64,000 bases of DNA. Origin: a virus. Shown piece by piece: positions 57,775-64,000 of this stretch. Position numbers and translations under genes: made by a program. A model generated the notes under the pieces. The model was not told the DNA's origin. It did no database searches and saw only the letters and a program-made list of their open reading frames with translations. The stretch is from IMG/VR virus record IMGVR_UViG_3300032242_000550, positions 32,001 to 96,000 of that record; one strand, written 5' to 3'. Each line of letters opens with the position of its first letter. Position 1 is the first letter of the stretch.

Positions 57775-59562
57775 ATGACCTATAAAAAACGATTCTCAAA
57801 CAAATCTGGCATGTCCAGTCCCATATCTGGATTTAATAACAATACCGGTGCTTGGAATGGTAGCCCAGGACAAAATGGTAGTGAAACCGGTGGCTGGAAT
57901 AACGCTGAAATGGGTTATAAAAACTATCGCAGCCGTCTACCAGAAGTATATACAGGTCATCCAAATCGTATTGAACGATACAATCAATATGAAATGATGG
58001 ACGTAGATGCTGAAATTAATGCATGTTTAGATATTATAAGTGAATTCAGCACACAAACAAACGAACATAATAAAACACCCTTTGACTTAGATTTCAAAGA
58101 CGAACCAACACAACATGAAGTTGAACTACTGAAAACACAACTACAACAATGGTGTAAATTAAACGAATTTGATACTAGAACATTTAAAATCTTCCGTAAT
58201 ACAATTAAGTTTGGTGATCAGGTCTTTGTACGTGACCCAGAAAACTTTAAACTATATTGGGTAGATATGACTAAGGTCATTAAAGTTATTGTTAACGAAA
58301 CTGAAGGTAAAAAGCCTGAACAATATGTTATCAAAGATATTAACATTAACTTACAAAACTTAACTGTTGCAACTAAAACTAATACAGATTTTGCCGCTAA
58401 TCCAGCAACTGGACTAGGTGGTACAGGTGGAGGAGCACAAGGTGGCGGATATACAGTTCCAAGTATGCCCTATAATACAAGTGGCAGTCGTTTCACACTA
58501 GGTCAAAGCGAAGCAGCCATTGATGCTAAACACGTTGTTCATCTAAGCTTAACTGAAGGTCTAGATCGTTTTTGGCCCTTTGGACAAAGTATCTTAGAAA
58601 ACATCTTTAAAGTATATAAACAAAAAGAATTACTAGAAGATGCGGTTCTTATCTATCGTGTACAACGTGCTCCGGAACGTAGAATGTTTAAGATTGACGT
58701 TGGTAATATGCCAAGTCATTTAGCTATGGCTTTCGTAGAACGTATTAAGAATGAGATACATCAAAGACGTATCCCAAGTACACATGGTGGCGGCAGTGTA
58801 GTTGATGCGAGTTATAACCCATTAAGTATGAATGAAGATTACTTCTTCCCAGTTACTGCTGACGGAAGAGGAAGTAGTGTTGAAGTATTGCCCGGTGGAC
58901 AGAATTTGGGTGAGATTGATGACTTGCGTTACTTTAACAATAGATTAGCACGTGGTCTACGTGTTCCAAGTAGCTATCTTCCAACTGGACCAGATGATAA
59001 TCCTACTCCATTAAGTGATGGACGTGTTGGCACTGCTATGATTCAAGAGTTCCGTTTCAATCAATATTGCGAACGATTACAAAAGTATATTAGTCAAAAA
59101 CTAGATGAAGAATTTAAATTATTCTTACGTTGGAGAGGATTGAATATTGATAGTGGGTTATTCCAATTACGATTTAACCCACCACAAAACTTTGCGGCTT
59201 ATCGTCAAAGTGAATTGGATACAGCACGTATTAGTTCTTTTAGTGCTATTGAACAATATCCATATATAAGTAAGCGTTTTGCTTTAGAAAGATTCTTGGG
59301 ATTAACTGAAGAAGAAATCAGTAAGAACGAGAAAATGTGGCGTGAAGAAAACGATAAAGAGATTGAGGTTGAGCCACAAGGTAATGATTTACGTAGTATT
59401 GGTGTATCAGTGGGTGATATTGAAAGTGATACACAGACTGGTGAGGATATGAATGCCCCTGAACCAGAAGAAGGTTTAGATAATATGGAAGTAGCCGGAC
59501 CAGTTGGTACTGCTGGAAATACTCCTGGTGGAACGCCTGCCCCGGCTGGCAACGCAATGTGA
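57775..59562 (+). CDS. gp20: Portal protein gp20
   Basis: LEDAV.IYR..RAPERR.F.IDVGNMP, EDY.FP....GRG..V..LPGG.NLG and L.VP.S motifs. Confidence 0.97.
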   Translation: MTYKKRFSNKSGMSSPISGFNNNTGAWNGSPGQNGSETGGWNNAEMGYKNYRSRLPEVYTGHPNRIERYNQYEMMDVDAEINACLDIISEFSTQTNEHNKTPFDLDFKDEPTQHEVELLKTQLQQWCKLNEFDTRTFKIFRNTIKFGDQVFVRDPENFKLYWVDMTKVIKVIVNETEGKKPEQYVIKDININLQNLTVATKTNTDFAANPATGLGGTGGGAQGGGYTVPSMPYNTSGSRFTLGQSEAAIDAKHVVHLSLTEGLDRFWPFGQSILENIFKVYKQKELLEDAVLIYRVQRAPERRMFKIDVGNMPSHLAMAFVERIKNEIHQRRIPSTHGGGSVVDASYNPLSMNEDYFFPVTADGRGSSVEVLPGGQNLGEIDDLRYFNNRLARGLRVPSSYLPTGPDDNPTPLSDGRVGTAMIQEFRFNQYCERLQKYISQKLDEEFKLFLRWRGLNIDSGLFQLRFNPPQNFAAYRQSELDTARISSFSAIEQYPYISKRFALERFLGLTEEEISKNEKMWREENDKEIEVEPQGNDLRSIGVSVGDIESDTQTGEDMNAPEPEEGLDNMEVAGPVGTAGNTPGGTPAPAGNAM

Positions 59563-59586
59563 TAAATAACATATAGGAAATAAAAA

Positions 59587-59811
59587 ATGCGACTTATGGA
59601 AATGTTCACACCAGCTATTGAAGGTTATCAAGATGTAGAGTCTGATAACAGTAAACCAAAGTGGCGTGAAAGTCGTAAAACTAAATTAACATTACGTCAA
59701 ATTCGTAAATTACGTAAAATGAATGATGTTAGAAATTATGAAAAGGCTAGTTATCTTAAAAAGATACATGCACAATATAGTCAGCCAAAAGCCGATCAAC
59801 CACAACTATAA
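59587..59811 (+). CDS. Small head-module protein
   Basis: Late promoter at 59561 and AGGA SD; basic RKTKLTL..I.KLR motif; located between portal and core genes. Confidence 0.7.
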   Translation: MRLMEMFTPAIEGYQDVESDNSKPKWRESRKTKLTLRQIRKLRKMNDVRNYEKASYLKKIHAQYSQPKADQPQL

Positions 59812-59844
59812 AATAAAAATCTCTTATTCTAGGCAAAAGTGTAA

Positions 59845-59871
59845 AAAAACAGCAGTTAATGTGCTGTTTTT
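59845..59871 (+). terminator. Possible bidirectional intrinsic terminator
   Basis: aaaaacagca-gttaatg-tgctgttttt. Confidence 0.45.
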
Positions 59872-59881
59872 CCATATGTGC

Positions 59882-59889
59882 TATAAATA
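59882..59889 (+). promoter_or_regulatory. T4-type late promoter TATAAATA for the head operon
   Basis: Exact consensus. Confidence 0.8.
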
Positions 59890-59924
59890 ACTCTACAAAG
59901 CCATTTACTTTAGGAGAATATTCA

Positions 59925-60770
59925 ATGGATAATAAAAAATTTGAACAACTTATTGATTTGATTATCAATGAGAATGAAGAACAAGCACGTGCATTATTTC
60001 ACGATATCGTAGTTGAGAAAAGCCGCGAAATCTATGAATCAATGATGGACGAAGATGACATGATGAATCAGCCATCTGGTCAAGTAGAAGATTTATTAGA
60101 TGAAATCGGCAGCGAAGAACAAGGCATGGCTGAAGGCGAAGATGAAGAATTTGATATTGCTGACATGGATGACGACGGTGAAGAATCTGTTGACATTGAT
60201 ATGGACAGTGAAGAAGGTGGCGAAGAAGGTTTAGAAGACCGTGTTGTTGACCTAGAAGATAAATTAGACCAATTAATGGCTGAGTTTGAAGAAATCATGG
60301 GTGGTGAAGATCACATGGGCGGCGAAGAAGGCGACATGGATGACATGGACAGCGAAGAAGGCGACATGGATGACATGGACAGTGAAGATGATGACATGGA
60401 AGAAGCAATGATGGAAGCTATCAATTTGAAGCAAGTTCCAGGATTGTATGGTTCTAAAATTGGCGGTGACAATGGCGCACAAGCAAAAAGCCCAACATTA
60501 GTAAACAGCGGTCAAGCTGGAATGGATTCAAAGCCAGTAAAATTTAGTGGTGCAAGTGAATCAGTTCCAACAAGTCCAAAAGGACCAACTAATGCATATG
60601 CAAAAGGTGAAACACAAGTTAAAGGTGCAGGATCATTTAAAAATAGTCCAGCACAAACTAAGCAAGACTTAGAAAAGGCACCAGCCCCAACTAAGACACA
60701 AGCTAGTGGTGTAAACACAAAAAGCCCAGTAGCAGAGTCACGTAAGGCTCCTACTAAAAGACGTATTTAA
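59925..60770 (+). CDS. Acidic prohead core/internal protein
   Basis: Start reassigned to ATG 59925 (AGGAG SD, downstream of the late promoter); D/E/M-rich middle; upstream of the protease. Confidence 0.7.
   Translation: MDNKKFEQLIDLIINENEEQARALFHDIVVEKSREIYESMMDEDDMMNQPSGQVEDLLDEIGSEEQGMAEGEDEEFDIADMDDDGEESVDIDMDSEEGGEEGLEDRVVDLEDKLDQLMAEFEEIMGGEDHMGGEEGDMDDMDSEEGDMDDMDSEDDDMEEAMMEAINLKQVPGLYGSKIGGDNGAQAKSPTLVNSGQAGMDSKPVKFSGASESVPTSPKGPTNAYAKGETQVKGAGSFKNSPAQTKQDLEKAPAPTKTQASGVNTKSPVAESRKAPTKRRI
60322..60400 (+). repeat. 30-bp coding tandem repeat (EEGDMDDMDS), about 2.5 copies
   Basis: gcgaagaaggcgacatggatgacatggaca duplicated. Confidence 0.85.
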
Positions 60771-60784
60771 GGAATCTGAGAGCA

Positions 60785-61429
60785 ATGGCTTTGTATCTCA
60801 AGGAGCATCTGACATTTGACCGAGCCGGTATGGTTGTTGAAAGTGTCAGTGAAGGCGACAAGAAGAACCTTTATATGAAGGGTATCTTCATTCAGGGTGG
60901 GGTAAAAAACGCAAATGAGCGTGTTTACCCTGTTTCTGAAATTGAAACTGCCGTGCAAACTCTAAATGAACAAATCACAGGTGGCTATTCAGTATTAGGT
61001 GAAGTAGATCACCCAGATGACTTAAAAATTAACTTAGACCGTGTATCACATATGATTACTAGCATGTGGATGGATGGTGCTAATGGCTATGGCAAATTAA
61101 AGATTTTACCAACTCCAATGGGTGAATTAGTTAAGACTATGTTGGAGAGTGGTGTGAAACTCGGCGTTTCAAGTCGTGGTAGCGGTAACGTGAATGACTT
61201 AGACGGTAAGGTCAGTGACTTTGAAATAGTCACTGTGGATATTGTCGCACAACCTAGTGCACCCAATGCTTATCCTAAAGCAATATATGAAGGCATGATG
61301 AATATGCGTCATGGTCATAAATTGTTGGATATCGCAAAAGATGCACAGAGCGACAAGAAGGTACAGAGATACCTGAAAGATGAAGTGGTTCGTCTTATCA
61401 AGGATCTCAAAATTAATAAAGGGGATTAA
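60785..61429 (+). CDS. gp21: Prohead core protease gp21
   Basis: GIFIQ..N.N.R.YP, GE.DHP, VSH, TPMG, GVSSRG.G and D.VA.PSAP.A motifs. Confidence 0.97.
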   Translation: MALYLKEHLTFDRAGMVVESVSEGDKKNLYMKGIFIQGGVKNANERVYPVSEIETAVQTLNEQITGGYSVLGEVDHPDDLKINLDRVSHMITSMWMDGANGYGKLKILPTPMGELVKTMLESGVKLGVSSRGSGNVNDLDGKVSDFEIVTVDIVAQPSAPNAYPKAIYEGMMNMRHGHKLLDIAKDAQSDKKVQRYLKDEVVRLIKDLKINKGD

Positions 61430-61431
61430 GC

Positions 61432-62532
61432 ATGTTAGATGCTATCAAACCATTACTTGAGAGTGGATTAATCAACGAAGAAACTGGTGTCGCTATAAAC
61501 GAGGCATGGGAATCTAAATTGAATGAGGCTCGTGAGCAAGTACGTGCAGAATTACGTGAAGAATTCGCACAACGTTATGAACATGACAGATACGTGATGG
61601 TAGAAGCCCTTGATAAAATGGTCAGTGAAGGACTAAAGTCTGAAATTGAAGAATTTCAATCTGAACGTCAGGCAATGAACGAAGACCGTGTAGTAGCGCA
61701 ACAAAAATTGCGTGAAAGTGCTACAAAATTCAATGATTTCATGGTTACTAAACTAGCTGAAGAAATTAAAGAACTACGTAGTGAGCGTAAATTACAAATG
61801 GAAAGTCAGCAAAAACTAGAACAATTTATTGTTCATGCACTTGCACGTGAAATTAAAGAATTCACACAAGACAAACAGGCTGTAGTTGAAGCAAAGGTTA
61901 AGTTAGTTGCAGAAGGTCGTAAACAACTTGAAGCATTGAAAGCACGTTTTGTTGCTGAATCTGCTAAGAGATTGACTACGGTCGTTGCTAGCCAACTCAA
62001 AGGTGAATTAGGTCAATTAAAAGAAGATATCAAGATCGCTAGAGAAAATAGCTTTGGTCGTCGTATCTTTGAAAGCTTTGCAAGTGAATTCAGCGTCACT
62101 CACTTAAGTGAGAAAGCAGAAACTCGCAAACTAATGACTCAGCTAGATGAAAAAGATAAAAAACTAGCCGAATCCATCAATACAATCAATAACGCTAAGA
62201 AGTTGATTGAAAGTAAAGAACGTGAAGTTCGTATTATTAAAGAATCTAATCTACGTGAAAAAACAATGAGCGAATTACTCGCCACATTGAACGAAGAAAA
62301 GGCTGTAGTAATGCAGAACTTACTAGAAAGCGTCCAGACACCACGTCTACAAGCCGCTTTCGATAAGTATCTTCCAGCAGTTCTTAATAACGGTGTTGTT
62401 AAACCAGCTACTAAAGCTAAATTAACAGAATCCGTTATCGTAGAAGCAACTGGGGATAAAGCTGCCAAACAAGAAGTTGATATGGAACAACGTGATAACG
62501 TTATAGATATCAAGCGTCTGGCAGGGCTTTAA
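61432..62532 (+). CDS. gp22: Prohead core scaffold protein gp22
   Basis: Coiled-coil protein between protease and major capsid protein; IFE.F motif. Confidence 0.8.
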   Translation: MLDAIKPLLESGLINEETGVAINEAWESKLNEAREQVRAELREEFAQRYEHDRYVMVEALDKMVSEGLKSEIEEFQSERQAMNEDRVVAQQKLRESATKFNDFMVTKLAEEIKELRSERKLQMESQQKLEQFIVHALAREIKEFTQDKQAVVEAKVKLVAEGRKQLEALKARFVAESAKRLTTVVASQLKGELGQLKEDIKIARENSFGRRIFESFASEFSVTHLSEKAETRKLMTQLDEKDKKLAESINTINNAKKLIESKEREVRIIKESNLREKTMSELLATLNEEKAVVMQNLLESVQTPRLQAAFDKYLPAVLNNGVVKPATKAKLTESVIVEATGDKAAKQEVDMEQRDNVIDIKRLAGL

Positions 62533-62561
62533 TTAAAGACATAATTTAGGAGAAATATAAA

Positions 62562-63758
62562 ATGTCAAAAGTACTCTTAGAAAGCCGTTGGGACGAGACC
62601 AAAGAAGCTCTGTTAGAAGGCTTAAAAGGAACTCGCCGTTCAACAATGGGTGTTATTTTAGAAAACACCAAAAAACAGTTACTAGCTGAAAGTTCAGCCG
62701 GTACTACAACAGCTGGTAATATCGCTACACTAAACCGTGTGATTCTTCCAGTTATCCGTCGTGTCATGCCAACAGTTATCGCTAACGAGTTGGTTGGTGT
62801 ACAACCAATGACAGGACCAGTTGGTCAGATTCATACATTACGTGTGCGTTATGCTCAATCATTAACAGACACAAGTGCTGCTCAAACTAGCGTTACAGCT
62901 GGTCAAGAAGCATTGAGTCCATTCTTGATTGCTCAGGCATATTCACGTACTCCATATGGTACTGATTCTTCAACAAGCTATACTGCTAACGATACTGCTG
63001 CCCTAGAAGGCAACGGTGGTAAGCAAATCAGCGTACAAATCTTGCGTCAGGCTGTTGAAGCTAAGTCACGTAAGTTGCAAGCACGTTGGACATTTGAGGC
63101 AGCACAAGATGCACAGTCTCAACATGGTATTGACGTTGAAGCAGAAATCATGGCAGCTCTTGCACAAGAGATTACTGCTGAGATTGACCAAGAGATTCTA
63201 TTGTCATTACGTACATTAGCATCTACAGAGTATACATACAACCAAGCTACTGTATCTGGTACAGCTACTTATGTTGGTGACGAACACGCTGCTTTAGCTG
63301 TTCTTATCAACCGTGTCGCTAACTTGATCGCACAACGCACACGTCGTGGTGCTGGTAACTGGGCTGTTGTATCTAGTGCTGCATTGACAGTATTGCAATC
63401 TGCAACTACTAGTGCTTTCGCACGTACTACAGAAGGTACATTTGAAGCTCCAACTAACACTAAGTTCGTTGGTACATTGAATGGCGCTATGCGTGTTTTC
63501 GTTGACAGTTATGCTCCTGATACTACACCAGTATTGGTTGGCTATAAAGGTTCTAGTGAAACTGATGCAGCCGCATTCTATTGCCCATACATTCCATTGA
63601 TGAGTAGTGGTGTTGTTCTAGATCCATCTAGTTTCGAACCAGTCGTATCATTTATGACAAGGTATGGCTACATCGAATTAACGAATACGGCCTCAAGTTT
63701 CGGGAATGCCGCGGACTACGTTGGGGAAATTGCAGTATCGAACCTTACGTTCCAATAA
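62562..63758 (+). CDS. gp23: Major capsid protein gp23
   Basis: RR..P..IA....GVQPMTGP.GQI, A.SRKL.A.WT.E.AQD..HG.D.E.E, YCPYIPL and F.TRYG motifs. Confidence 0.98.
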   Translation: MSKVLLESRWDETKEALLEGLKGTRRSTMGVILENTKKQLLAESSAGTTTAGNIATLNRVILPVIRRVMPTVIANELVGVQPMTGPVGQIHTLRVRYAQSLTDTSAAQTSVTAGQEALSPFLIAQAYSRTPYGTDSSTSYTANDTAALEGNGGKQISVQILRQAVEAKSRKLQARWTFEAAQDAQSQHGIDVEAEIMAALAQEITAEIDQEILLSLRTLASTEYTYNQATVSGTATYVGDEHAALAVLINRVANLIAQRTRRGAGNWAVVSSAALTVLQSATTSAFARTTEGTFEAPTNTKFVGTLNGAMRVFVDSYAPDTTPVLVGYKGSSETDAAAFYCPYIPLMSSGVVLDPSSFEPVVSFMTRYGYIELTNTASSFGNAADYVGEIAVSNLTFQ

Positions 63759-63762
63759 AATT

Positions 63763-63851
63763 TCACTTTTCAGTGATATATTGAATGTAATTCAAAATCA
63801 AAATTGGGCACCTAGGTGCCCTTTTTTGTATCTTAAATCACTGAAAAGTGA
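63763..63851. repeat. Perfect 15-bp inverted repeat flanking the capsid terminator
   Basis: tcacttttcagtgat (63763-63777) / atcactgaaaagtga (63837-63851). Confidence 0.85.
63806..63827 (+). terminator. Rho-independent terminator after gp23
   Basis: gggcacc-ta-ggtgccc followed by T6. Confidence 0.85.
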
Positions 63852-63871
63852 TATTCTGTATAAATACTATT

Positions 63872-64000
63872 ATGCTAACAAACAAATATTCTAAAACTTA
63901 TTTTGCTATAACCTCTAATGCTAGACACCGCATTACTGAGGGCTATACAGAACTACATCATATCATACCTCAATCAATGGGCGGCAGTAATGACAAAGAA
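63872..64000 (+). mobile_element. HNH homing endonuclease, 5' part (MLTNKYSKTYFAITSNARHRITEGYTELHHIIPQSMGGSNDKE...)
   Basis: Y.E.HHIIP.S.GG.N HNH motif; TATAAATA at 63859-63866. Confidence 0.85.

Noticed and set aside
59859-59924. Upstream start of the acidic core protein given in the ORF track
   Set aside because: It overlaps a hairpin and the TATAAATA promoter; ATG 59925 has the AGGAG SD.
63706-63894. 62-aa ORF overlapping the gp23 end as an explanation for the odd codons
   Set aside because: It runs through the terminator and promoter, has no SD and shows no protein-like features.
1-64000. Stop-codon reassignment, tRNA genes, inteins or introns in core genes
   Set aside because: ORFs are long and tightly packed under code 11; no cloverleaf was seen; portal, protease, capsid and gp46/gp47 are uninterrupted. 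This was judged by eye, not by a scan.

Overview
A 64-kb segment of an AT-rich, T4-like (myovirus) large or jumbo phage genome, standard genetic code. (1) 1-14.9 kb is an accessory glyco-modification island: four radical SAM enzymes, UDP-glucose dehydrogenase, HAD+nucleotidyltransferase, GDPD-like protein, cytidylyltransferase-cupin fusion, methyltransferase, sulfotransferase and several GT-like proteins. Most of it is one overlapping minus-strand operon behind a late-type promoter. (2) 15-47 kb (minus strand) is a tail-fibre/baseplate module with a 5940-aa giant protein and gp6-, gp25-, gp5-, gp53- and gp48/54-like genes. (3) 47-53 kb holds the late sigma factor gp55, gp47/gp46 (Mre11/Rad50), two free-standing GIY-YIG-type endonucleases and an Hjc-like resolvase. 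(4) 53.2-53.7 kb is a non-coding, highly structured region. (5) 53.7-64 kb holds a gp26-like gene, a tape-measure-like protein, portal, prohead core/protease/scaffold, major capsid protein and the start of an HNH endonuclease. The most notable unannotated signals are: a ~350-nt multi-branched ncRNA candidate followed by ssDNA-type GNA-triloop hairpins; a probable -1 programmed frameshift (T TTT TTC plus hairpin) fusing the gp26-like gene to a start-less gp51-like ORF; a circularly permuted radical SAM/SPASM pair; a synonymously recoded 3' end of the capsid gene next to the HNH gene; and a GIY-YIG cassette with its own structured leader and an outward-facing sigma70 promoter. All family calls come from motif recognition by eye, not database searches.
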